Source: Cytophagales bacterium (GTDB lineage Bacteria; Bacteroidota; Bacteroidia; Cytophagales; Cyclobacteriaceae). Taken from it: a DNA stretch of 64,000 nt. The first letter of the stretch is position 1. The number at the start of each line of letters is the position of its first letter. This document shows positions 9,905 through 18,536 of the stretch, piece after piece. Location of the stretch: assembly GCA_031416795.1 (NCBI GenBank), contig JANOUH010000152.1, forward strand, positions 9,183 through 73,182, read 5' to 3'. Below the pieces are notes generated by a model. It did not search any database. It was given only the letters and a program-made list of their open reading frames with translations, and had not been told where the DNA came from. Both the position numbers and the translations under genes were made by a program.

Positions 9905-12310
9905 ATGCGGACTAAACTGCTTGCTCTTGTTTGTATTGTCATATCCTACACTGCCTTCGCTCAGTCGACTGAAATTAAAATTGCAGGACTTCAACAGCCG
10001 GTAGAAATCATTCGCGATACCTATGGCATCAATCACATCTATGCGCAAAATGAACATGATCTGTTTTTCGCACAAGGATATTGTGCTGCCAAAGATCGAC
10101 TCTTTCAGTTTGAAATGTGGCGCAGGCAAGCAACGGGCACGGTATCAGAAATCTTAGGACCGAGCCACCTCAAAAGAGATGTGGGTGCGCGACTATTCAA
10201 ATTTCGTGGAAACATAGAACAAGAATTCAATCATTACCATCCGCACGGTAATCAAATCATCAGAGCATTCACGAACGGAATTAATGCTTATGTGAAAGAA
10301 ATGCTGGCCAACCCAAAACTCCTCCCCTTAGAATTTAGTTTGCTCAACATCAAACCAGGATTGTGGACTCCTGAAATTGTAATCTCGCGTCATCAAGGCC
10401 TGTTGGGAAATCTTGAAGATGAAGTGAGCAACGCTAAAGCGGTCGTGGCATTAGGTGCCGAAAAAGTAAAAGAGCTAAAATCATTGGAGCCCGGTGATGC
10501 ACGCCTTGACCTAGATCCTGCCATCAACAAACAATCATTATCAAAAGACATCGTTGAACTCTATACTGCTTTCAGAAAGTCATTAACCTTTACTCCGCAA
10601 GATCTTTCCGTATCGGCCAACACCGATTTAAAACAATATCAACACCTGGCAAAACAGGATGAAGAAGCCTATGCACAAGTGATGAATCAGGAAAAAGAAA
10701 ATATTGGTAGCAATAACTGGATCGTCAGTGGATCACTTTCACAAAGTGGATTTCCATTGTTAGCCAATGATCCGCACAGAGCATTGTCAGCTCCTTCCCT
10801 TCGTTACATGGTTCATTTGAATGCTCCAGGTTGGAATGTGGTGGGCGGTGGTGAGCCCACGATTCCAGGTATCTCCATTGGTCACAACGATTATGGTGCG
10901 TGGGGCCTTACCATATTTTCAATTGATGGTGAAGACATCTATGTGTATGAATTAAATCCTCAGAATAAAAATCAATACAAGTACCAGGGTCGTTGGGAAG
11001 ATATGCGCGTCATCAACGATACTGTGAAGGTGAAGGGAACGCCCGATGTTTACATCGATCATAAATTTACTCGTCATGGTCCTGTCACTTTCGTGGATGC
11101 TGATGCAAATGTAGCTTATGCTGTGCGTGCTGCATGGATGGAAGTAGGTGGAGCGCCTTACATGGCCAGCTTGCGCATTGATCAGGCTACTAACTGGCAA
11201 GAGTTTCGTGATGGATGTTCTTACAGTCATATTCCAGGTGAGAACATGATATGGATTGATAAGAAAGGAGACATTGGTTGGCAAGCCGTTGGTGTAGCAC
11301 CAATCAGAAAAAATTGGGATGGACTTGTTCCCGTTCCCGGGGATGGTCGCTATGAATGGAGTGGTTTTCTTCCTATAAAATCATTACCCAATGTTCACAA
11401 TCCCGACAAAGGTTTTTGGGCTACTGCCAATGAAAACTTAGTGCCATTTAAGTACGCTGATCGCAATGCTCTTGGTTGGAGCTGGGCCGACACATGGAGA
11501 GCCGATCGTATCAACGAAGTGCTCGGATCCGGAAAGAAACATTCACTGGCGGATATGATGCGCCTGCAGTTCGATTATCTTTCTCTTCCTGCGCGCACGT
11601 TAGTGCCCATGTTGAAAGAATTAAAATCATCCGATCCAAAAATTGAATCAGCCAGAAATCAATTATTATCATGGAACTATATTCTCGATGCAAATTCAAT
11701 AGAAGCAGCTATCTATGTGATGTGGGAGCGAAAAATTTCTGAAAATATTTTACAGCTCTTCGTTCCTGAAAAAGGAAAAGGACTTATTAAAACTATTCCA
11801 CTCAGTAAAACCATTGATTGGATTGTTACACCAAGGCCTGAGTTTGGAGCAGATCCTATTGCAGGTCGTGATGCCTTTTTACTTTCATGTCTTCAGCAGG
11901 CTATTACAGAACTTAATATGAAGTTAGGTGCTGATGTAAAGAAGTGGCAATATGGTCAGTCAGCTTATCATCATGTGTTGATCAAACATCCTATGAGTAA
12001 TGCAGTGGATGAAGCGACTCGCAAAAAATTGGAAGTAGGTCCGCTTCCTCGGGGAGGTAATGGTACAACACCTGGCGTAACGGGCAATGCGGATAATCAA
12101 ATCACGGGTGCTTCATTTCGAATTGTAGCCGATGCATCGGATTGGGATAAAACTATGTTTACCAATGCGCCCGGCCAAAGCGGAGATGTATCGAGTCCGT
12201 TTTACAAAAATCTTTTTTTCCTATGGGCAACGGATAAACACTTTCCTGTTTACTTCAGCAAACCATTAATTGAACGCGTGGCAAAAGAGAGAATCGTGAT
12301 CAAGCCTTAG
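9905..12310 (+). CDS. Penicillin acylase family (S45) Ntn-hydrolase, secreted
   Basis: Sec signal MRTKLLALVCIVISYTAFAQS. Beta-subunit N-terminal nucleophile context G-SNNWIVSG (Ser269, nt 10709-10711); LLANDPH motif; about 800 aa. Confidence 0.9.
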   Translation: MRTKLLALVCIVISYTAFAQSTEIKIAGLQQPVEIIRDTYGINHIYAQNEHDLFFAQGYCAAKDRLFQFEMWRRQATGTVSEILGPSHLKRDVGARLFKFRGNIEQEFNHYHPHGNQIIRAFTNGINAYVKEMLANPKLLPLEFSLLNIKPGLWTPEIVISRHQGLLGNLEDEVSNAKAVVALGAEKVKELKSLEPGDARLDLDPAINKQSLSKDIVELYTAFRKSLTFTPQDLSVSANTDLKQYQHLAKQDEEAYAQVMNQEKENIGSNNWIVSGSLSQSGFPLLANDPHRALSAPSLRYMVHLNAPGWNVVGGGEPTIPGISIGHNDYGAWGLTIFSIDGEDIYVYELNPQNKNQYKYQGRWEDMRVINDTVKVKGTPDVYIDHKFTRHGPVTFVDADANVAYAVRAAWMEVGGAPYMASLRIDQATNWQEFRDGCSYSHIPGENMIWIDKKGDIGWQAVGVAPIRKNWDGLVPVPGDGRYEWSGFLPIKSLPNVHNPDKGFWATANENLVPFKYADRNALGWSWADTWRADRINEVLGSGKKHSLADMMRLQFDYLSLPARTLVPMLKELKSSDPKIESARNQLLSWNYILDANSIEAAIYVMWERKISENILQLFVPEKGKGLIKTIPLSKTIDWIVTPRPEFGADPIAGRDAFLLSCLQQAITELNMKLGADVKKWQYGQSAYHHVLIKHPMSNAVDEATRKKLEVGPLPRGGNGTTPGVTGNADNQITGASFRIVADASDWDKTMFTNAPGQSGDVSSPFYKNLFFLWATDKHFPVYFSKPLIERVAKERIVIKP

Positions 12311-12331
12311 TCTGGTTTTGTATATTTGAAT

Positions 12332-12953
12332 ATGGCCGTTGATTTAACTCTTGTCAAAAAATACCTTCCTTTCATTGGAGCAGATCTTCAACAAGCCTTT
12401 GCGCTAGATGGAGTGATCATGGATTTTGAAAGCGAGACTGAAATCTTACACGAAGGCCAATCCGTGAAAATGATTCCGTTAGTTTTGGAAGGGCTCATCA
12501 AAGTGTTCACACGCAACGAAGACCGGGAACTGCTTTTGTACTACATCGAGCCACGCGAAAGTTGTGTGATGTCATTTTTAGCGGGCATCAAAAATAAGCC
12601 AAGCAAGATTTTTGCAATCACCGAGAAGCCAACTAAAGTCATTTTACTTCCGTCATCTAAAGTTGAAGTGTGGACGCATCAATATCCAGCGTTTAACACG
12701 TTGTTCTACGATTTATATAACTCGCGCTATTCAGAATTGATTGACACACTCAATCAACTCATCTTTCAAAAACTGGATGGCCGTCTATTTGAATACCTGA
12801 AAGAAAAAAGTAGAGTGAAATCAACAAAACAGTTGGATCTCCGACATAGCGCAAGAGCTCGGCACTTCGCGTGAAGTCATTACACGCGTACTTAAGAAGC
12901 TGGAGAAAGAAGGAAAAATCCGGCAACGCGAAAATGGCATCGAAATAATCTGA
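12332..12953 (+). pseudogene. Crp/Fnr family transcriptional regulator with a frameshift before the C-terminal HTH
   Basis: cNMP-binding-like N-terminus in frame 2 ends at TGA 12872-12874. The HTH IAQELGTSREVITRVLKKLEKEGKIRQRENGIEII is encoded in frame 3 from about 12846 to stop 12951-12953. Confidence 0.75.
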
Positions 12954-13000
12954 TTTTTTATCTCTGTAAATCAAGCCATTAGAAAGAACTTATCTGCTCT

Positions 13001-13016
13001 GGTGACACTTGTCACC
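13001..13016. promoter_or_regulatory. 16-bp perfect palindrome, candidate Crp/Fnr-type site (GTGAC-N4-GTCAC core)
   Basis: GGTGACACTTGTCACC read directly. Lies between the Crp/Fnr gene and the DUF2892 gene. 5-N4-5 geometry like FNR boxes. Confidence 0.3.
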
Positions 13017-13174
13017 GATAATGGTTCTGTCAGGAATATACCTTTGATTCAACAAATCAAGGAAATGAAAAGCAAGCTGGTCAAGTTCATCCTCGTATGC
13101 ATCATCTGCCTGAGCATTGCTTATCTATTGGTTTGGACGATCGAAACCATCACTAACTAAAATTTAAAAATCTT

Positions 13175-13384
13175 ATGAAAAAGAATGTTGGAAATGCAGA
13201 TAGAATTATCCGTGTGATACTCGCTGCTGTTTTTGCTGTACTTTACTTTACCGGAATAGTACCTGGCACCGTTGGATTAGTACTCGTAGCATTGGGTGGA
13301 ATTTTTGTATTAACAAGCCTGATCAGTTTTTGCCCGATCTATGGGATTGTGGGACTGAACACTTGTCCTGCTAAAAAAGCTTAA
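13175..13384 (+). CDS. DUF2892 / YgaP-like small membrane protein
   Basis: NVGNADRIIRVILAAV...SFCPIYGIVGLNTC pattern with two TM helices, 69 aa. Confidence 0.75.
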   Translation: MKKNVGNADRIIRVILAAVFAVLYFTGIVPGTVGLVLVALGGIFVLTSLISFCPIYGIVGLNTCPAKKA

Positions 13385-13408
13385 TTGAAAATCCGGATCG
13401 TTATAAGG

Positions 13409-13436
13409 TGCCGCTGTAAAAGAGCGGCATTTTTTT
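13409..13436 (+). terminator. Rho-independent terminator
   Basis: TGCCGCT gtaaaag AGCGGCA followed by TTTTTTT, 25 nt after the DUF2892 stop. Confidence 0.7.
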
Positions 13437-14031
13437 ATCCGTTAAACCAGTTCGGGAAGCTCCACACCATCCAGCCATACGCTGCAAATCGTATTACACG
13501 TGTAATACAAATCAAAAGAAAGTGTTTGAAGTTCATGTTTATTGAGCCCGCCAGCATACACGTAGCTGAAAATGGTACTGGAGTAACCGCTCCAACGAAC
13601 ACCAGATAACCACCAAATTTATTAAGCTTACTCTCATACTGTTTTAAATATTTCTCACGAATTCGGTTTTGATAGAAATTGGTCTTTGAAAAAAACTTCC
13701 CAATATAATAGCCTAACACACCAGCTCCGTATGAAATGATAGTGAGTATAGAAAGATTAATAACAAATCCTGTTAAATCGATGTTATCAAGAATCCAAAT
13801 CATCATGAATAATTCGGGAGGCAGAATACCAAAGATGATTTCCGATAATGTATACACCCCATATAAAATACCGGGATTGTCACGGATTTCATCGATATGA
13901 TTTTTGAAGTTCGACTGAATGTAGTCCTCCATGAAAATGAAAGCCGTAATAATCACGGCAAACCAAAGCAAGCCCTTAAAAAGATTACGAAACAAAAAAC
14001 TCGAGTGGGTCTCCTCCTCCTGCTGTTGCAT
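13435..14031 (-). CDS. DedA/YqaA-type (VTT domain) membrane protein
   Basis: Multi-TM protein with FGGYLVFVGAVTPVPFSATCMLAGS segment typical of the SNARE-associated/VTT family. Confidence 0.65.
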   Translation of the reverse strand: MQQQEEETHSSFLFRNLFKGLLWFAVIITAFIFMEDYIQSNFKNHIDEIRDNPGILYGVYTLSEIIFGILPPELFMMIWILDNIDLTGFVINLSILTIISYGAGVLGYYIGKFFSKTNFYQNRIREKYLKQYESKLNKFGGYLVFVGAVTPVPFSATCMLAGSINMNFKHFLLICITRVIRFAAYGWMVWSFPNWFNG

Positions 14032-14039
14032 AGTTCCAG

Positions 14040-15209
14040 TTAATTAATAATAGGCATTCTTTTGAAGGGCTTTGTCTCATCAAAAAGCTTCCGATAGGTA
14101 GCATGCTTCTTCACTACAGGAGCATTAATTTGTTCTACCACTCGAATCATTTTAGGGTTGAAATCACCAATCCAATTCATTTCATAATCAGTGTAGGATA
14201 TGCCTCCACCTTGAGCAAACTTTCTAAAATTTTCTATGATGGCGCCATCCACTCCTTTTCCCTGGTGTTCTGGTGCAAGACCAAATAAGATTCCAAATGC
14301 TTTGGTATTTGTCTTCATCAGCTTATGCCATACAAATTTCAATTTACCGATTAAATCCAATTTTCCATTCACATATTTGAAAACCTGATTTACTTCGGGC
14401 AAGGAAAGAAAGAAGGCAATGGGTTCCTCTTTGTAGTACCCGAACCAGAGTAATTTTTCATCCATGATAGGCTTCATCTGTTTAACCAGATGCTTGGCTT
14501 GTGATGCTGTGAGTTCGGGAATTTCGCCACGCTTTGCCCAGGCGTTGTTGTACACTTTTCTGATTTGCTCAGGCAACGTGCTCCATTCAGATTTCTTTAC
14601 ATACCCAAACCGGTAATTAGGGTCTTTCTCAACCAGTAAAGATTTTTCAAGGAGGCGTGCATCAATCGGGCCCTGTATCGGGCGACCAAAGGTGAGTTGA
14701 TAGAAATAAACTTGAAATCCATAGTCCTCAAAAAGTTTCTGATAGTAGGGAAAATTATAATTGCACTGATAGTTCGGTTCGCGATCAAAACCTTCCAGCA
14801 AAAGACCCCACCATCGGTCACGATTTCCAAAGTTGATGGGGCCATCCATAGCCTCCATACCTTTTTGCTGAAGCCACTTTTTACACTCATCAAAAAGCAT
14901 AAAAGCAGCTTCTTTGTTGTCGATGCATTCAAAGAAACCCATGCCTCCTGTGGGCTGATCATTACCCTTACTAACCGTTTTCTGATTGATGAAAGCCGCC
15001 ACTCTACCAATCGTCTCACCCTGATCATTGGTAAGTATCCACCGGGTGCATTCGCCATGTTGAAATGTTTTATTCCTTACTTCATCAAAAACACCTTCTA
15101 CATCGCCATCCAATGGACGTATCCAATGTAGTGTGTTTTTATAGAGCCGAACCGGCAGAAGAAGAAACTCTTTCTTCTCTGATGCACTTAGCACTTCCTT
15201 TATCTGCAT
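14040..15209 (-). CDS. Conserved 389-aa protein, GNAT-like acyltransferase fold (tentative)
   Basis: Clean ORF. N-terminal pattern LLPVRLY...WIRPL...RVAAFIN...GGMGFFE resembles a Bacteroidota family usually labelled GNAT N-acetyltransferase. No catalytic motif verified. Confidence 0.5.
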   Translation of the reverse strand: MQIKEVLSASEKKEFLLLPVRLYKNTLHWIRPLDGDVEGVFDEVRNKTFQHGECTRWILTNDQGETIGRVAAFINQKTVSKGNDQPTGGMGFFECIDNKEAAFMLFDECKKWLQQKGMEAMDGPINFGNRDRWWGLLLEGFDREPNYQCNYNFPYYQKLFEDYGFQVYFYQLTFGRPIQGPIDARLLEKSLLVEKDPNYRFGYVKKSEWSTLPEQIRKVYNNAWAKRGEIPELTASQAKHLVKQMKPIMDEKLLWFGYYKEEPIAFFLSLPEVNQVFKYVNGKLDLIGKLKFVWHKLMKTNTKAFGILFGLAPEHQGKGVDGAIIENFRKFAQGGGISYTDYEMNWIGDFNPKMIRVVEQINAPVVKKHATYRKLFDETKPFKRMPIIN

Positions 15210-15226
15210 AGCCCTTAAAAATAATT

Positions 15227-17053
15227 CTATAAAGTGGAATTCCTTTGGTTTGGCAATACAATTTCAAAAAAAGTATACACCTCAGGTTCACTGCCTACCG
15301 ATACCCGACCACCTAACTTTTCCACTGCGTTCTTAACAATATACAAACCAAGTCCCGAACCACCTGATTGTTCACTAGCCCGATAAAACATGTCAAATAT
15401 CTTATTCAGGTTTTGCTTGGTTATACCAATGCCATTGTCTCTAAATGATATAATCGCCACCTCTTGTTCAATAGTAATCATGATTTTTATCTCATGTGAT
15501 GGATTGCTTATTTTCCGATACTTAATCGCATTAGAAATCAGATTTCTGAATATCTCCTCTATTCGCCATGGATCGCTATAAAAATCGCCCCCCGATATCT
15601 GAACCTCTTTTTGAATCTGGTCCGCGCCTTCCATATAACTTAAGTTACGAAAGGCAGTATCAACAATTTCTTCAAAGTGAATGAGACCCGTCTTAATTTC
15701 TAACTTCAGGTTTTTTGAATGGCTTAGCACATCGCTGATGAAGTGATCAAGTTGATTCACTTTTTCTCCTATAATTTTAAGATAAGCTTTGGGGTCATCA
15801 TCATTTTGCGGATGCTGAGCCAGGTTTACCAATCCCAGTACAGACGATAATGGGGCACGTAAATCATGGGATACTTTGTATACAAAATTATCAAGTTCTA
15901 TATTCCTCACCTTGAGTTCCTCTTCTACCATTTTTTGATCCGTGATATCCACGTAGACACCAAAAATTCCAATGGTCTCATCTTCTAAATGAACCGGCAC
16001 TCCGTAAATAATTACTGAAAGGCGTATATCGTCTCTGCGCACCCGGGTGGTTTCCAAACGCACAACCTGATCGCTAGAGATAACAGAATTTAAATCATTG
16101 CCCTCAGACTCTAACGCAGAGGGAACGATAAACTCATTCAAACTTTTGCCCTTGAGTTCAGAAATAGTAAACCCAAACATTAATTCAAAACCTCTATTAA
16201 CACGATCTACGTTGCCCTTACTGTCGAGTAATACGATAGCCATAGGAGAACTGTTAAACAACTCAGAAAAAAGAAGTTCTGTCTTCTTAATTTTTTCCTT
16301 TGCTTGTGTCTGTTCAGTAACGTCTCTAACAATCAATTGCACGGCTGGTTGTCCAAAGAAAATAAACGGATGAGCCGAAGTTTCTACATATATTTCTTTG
16401 CCTCGCAAGGTGACAAATCTCTCCTTGACACCTGAGATTGGCCGCCCCATCATTACACTTTTCATTCGCTCTTTGACAGCGGGAAGTTCTTCCGGATGAA
16501 CAAAATCGAGTACGGATTTACCAATCAACTGATCGACACTGGTGGCTTCTAACATAGATGCAGCGTATTCATTGGCATAAACCAATTTTCCTTTTTGATG
16601 AATACCCATTCCCAGTGGTAAGGACTCAACCAGATTGCGATAGCGTACATCTGATTCTTTTTGCTTTTGCTCTAATTCCTTTCTTTGACGAATGTCACTG
16701 ATCACTCCACTCCAGCCAATTTTTCCTCCTTCTAATCGAACCGGCAGACCTGCCACTTCAATCCATTTAATATCTCCTTTTGTTACAAAAATTCTGCCCT
16801 CCCACTTAAATGATTTCTCTTGTACCACCGACTCCTCAAACAAAGTATTAAACTGCTCCCAATCCTCATGATGAATAAAGCTTTGCAATGGATAGGTGCC
16901 GCTTAGCAGTACCTCCCTGCTTACCCCTAAAATAGTTTCGCAGCCAGAGCTTAAATACGTAAAGTCGCTAGATCCATCCGGAAAAATTGTATACTCAAAA
17001 ATGACAACCGGAAGATTGTCGATAATATGTTGGTTGCTTGCAGAAATGGGCAT
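15227..17053 (-). CDS. Multi-PAS sensor histidine kinase
   Basis: Several PAS-like repeats, H-box KVSHDLRAPLSS, and HATPase N/G boxes (NLISNAIKY, DNGIGI, GGSGLGL). Confidence 0.9.
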   Translation of the reverse strand: MPISASNQHIIDNLPVVIFEYTIFPDGSSDFTYLSSGCETILGVSREVLLSGTYPLQSFIHHEDWEQFNTLFEESVVQEKSFKWEGRIFVTKGDIKWIEVAGLPVRLEGGKIGWSGVISDIRQRKELEQKQKESDVRYRNLVESLPLGMGIHQKGKLVYANEYAASMLEATSVDQLIGKSVLDFVHPEELPAVKERMKSVMMGRPISGVKERFVTLRGKEIYVETSAHPFIFFGQPAVQLIVRDVTEQTQAKEKIKKTELLFSELFNSSPMAIVLLDSKGNVDRVNRGFELMFGFTISELKGKSLNEFIVPSALESEGNDLNSVISSDQVVRLETTRVRRDDIRLSVIIYGVPVHLEDETIGIFGVYVDITDQKMVEEELKVRNIELDNFVYKVSHDLRAPLSSVLGLVNLAQHPQNDDDPKAYLKIIGEKVNQLDHFISDVLSHSKNLKLEIKTGLIHFEEIVDTAFRNLSYMEGADQIQKEVQISGGDFYSDPWRIEEIFRNLISNAIKYRKISNPSHEIKIMITIEQEVAIISFRDNGIGITKQNLNKIFDMFYRASEQSGGSGLGLYIVKNAVEKLGGRVSVGSEPEVYTFFEIVLPNQRNSTL

Positions 17054-17160
17054 ACCTGAATATTAATTTTTTATGTGAAAGAGAACTTACAAGATAATGC
17101 TTTTTGATCAGCTGGGCAGCTGAAGTAAGACTCGCGTAAGATTGATGCTCAAATAAAAAA

Positions 17161-17874
17161 TTAATTAACCTTTATATGTTTAATTGTGTTTAAATCCCAG
17201 TCGATTACTAAGCCCTTTCCAATTCCATCCGCAGCCTTTTTGCCATAAAGCAACTCCACCAAATACAGCGCTGGGTCGTAGGATTTTGCACCACCAGAAG
17301 AAGTAATCATTTTACGATCATGTACAAAGCTCACATCCTTATTTACAGAGAGCTGCGGAAAAGCAGCTTTAAATTTTTCGATGTCACCGGGGAAAGTAGT
17401 ACACTCATGCATATCAAGAAGACCGGCTTTAGCCAGAACAAAAGCACCATCACAAAGTGAGAGCACATAAGAGGCTTGCTTCCCTGTATTTTTTACAAAC
17501 TGAATGAGTCTTTCGTTTTCCAAATCAGAATCCATACTATGCTGTGCGCTGGGTACAATTAAGATATCAATAGCAGGAAGAGAATCGGTTTCAAATGAGT
17601 AGTCGGGTATAATGTGCAATCCTTCAAATGAAGTGATCGGTTCCTTTTTATTGGAAACCGTAAAAACCTTAATTCCATTTTCATTGTGAAAAACGGTATG
17701 CTGTAATACATCCATAGGCGCAATGAGTTCAGAGTTATAAACACCATCGACAATAAGGAATGCAGCATTTAATTGTCGTGACGGCAAAATAGGTGGCCCA
17801 ACTTGTGGATTGCTTTTGTCCTGATCACAAGAAATGACCCAAGAGAAAAGAAGGCTTACAATAATATATTTCAT
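17161..17874 (-). CDS. DJ-1/PfpI family protein with lipoprotein signal
   Basis: MKYIIVSLLFSWVISC lipobox start (ATG 17874, avoiding overlap with the upstream gene). Nucleophile-elbow SLCDGAFVLAKAG. Confidence 0.8.
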   Translation of the reverse strand: MKYIIVSLLFSWVISCDQDKSNPQVGPPILPSRQLNAAFLIVDGVYNSELIAPMDVLQHTVFHNENGIKVFTVSNKKEPITSFEGLHIIPDYSFETDSLPAIDILIVPSAQHSMDSDLENERLIQFVKNTGKQASYVLSLCDGAFVLAKAGLLDMHECTTFPGDIEKFKAAFPQLSVNKDVSFVHDRKMITSSGGAKSYDPALYLVELLYGKKAADGIGKGLVIDWDLNTIKHIKVN

Positions 17875-17906
17875 GAGTGTTTGGTGATTAATCAATACAA
17901 TAGTAG

Positions 17907-18536
17907 CTAAACAGTGGATGCCCAATACAGGTTTGATTTTATAAAACCGTTTTTAAATTTCATGCTATCTGAAAGAGTAAAGCCTGAGTGAATCATTTTA
18001 CTTTCCCAATCGGGCAAGTGCGTAGCTTCTATTCGTGCAATTACTCGAAAAAAACGATACATAAACCACAGCATTATTTTATTCCACATGCTTCCATCCA
18101 CAAAATCCGTCACAACCCATAAGGCGGAATGGTTTAGTGATCTTCTGACTTTATCGATCACATTGTTCAAGCTTTGTTCCTCAAACATATCAAGATAAAA
18201 ATTCGTAACTACTCCGTCATATAATCGATTTGGAATATCGTTTTCCGTTCCCTGAATAAAATTAACATTACGGTTCTTGCCCGAGCTCTTCTCAGCTGCA
18301 TTAATCATCTTGGGCGATAGCTCAATGTAATCAATTTGCAGATCAGGGTATAATGCGCTTAGCGGTTCTAAAAGCCATCCAGAGCCGCCTCCTATAATTA
18401 ATAGATGATTACATTCTTTAAAGGATTTAAGAAAATGAAGTTGTGCGTTAACAATATCTCGTCCTATGACAACCCGAGCAAGAAAATCATAAAATGGAGC
18501 AAGAAAATCAAAGCCACCTGCAATTCGATTTTTCAT
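17907..18536 (-). CDS. Class I SAM-dependent methyltransferase
   Basis: Motif I LLIIGGGSGWLLEPL; about 209 aa. Start overlaps the upstream stop (ATGA). Confidence 0.8.
   Translation of the reverse strand: MKNRIAGGFDFLAPFYDFLARVVIGRDIVNAQLHFLKSFKECNHLLIIGGGSGWLLEPLSALYPDLQIDYIELSPKMINAAEKSSGKNRNVNFIQGTENDIPNRLYDGVVTNFYLDMFEEQSLNNVIDKVRRSLNHSALWVVTDFVDGSMWNKIMLWFMYRFFRVIARIEATHLPDWESKMIHSGFTLSDSMKFKNGFIKSNLYWASTV

Noticed and set aside
12321-12328. TATATTTG, a perfect TAnnTTTG -7 box, as the promoter for the Crp/Fnr gene
   Set aside because: It lies only 3 nt before ATG 12332. The predicted TSS would fall at or beyond the start codon, and the only TTTG upstream directly abuts it. It is more likely chance or part of the coupling region with the acylase gene.
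14597-15131. ORFs 14597-15058 (-) and 14697-15131 (+) overlapping the GNAT-like gene; likewise 46692-47135 (-) in scpA, 37419-37784 (+) in serS and 24539-24784 (-) in the atp leader gene
   Set aside because: All are alternative-frame or antisense ORFs nested in well-supported genes. They have compositionally odd products and no motifs.
17108-17123. Palindrome TCAGCTGGGCAGCTGA between the DJ-1 gene and the histidine kinase gene, considered as a terminator
   Set aside because: A 6-bp stem with no T-run on either strand. It could equally be a chance palindrome built on the CAGCTG word.
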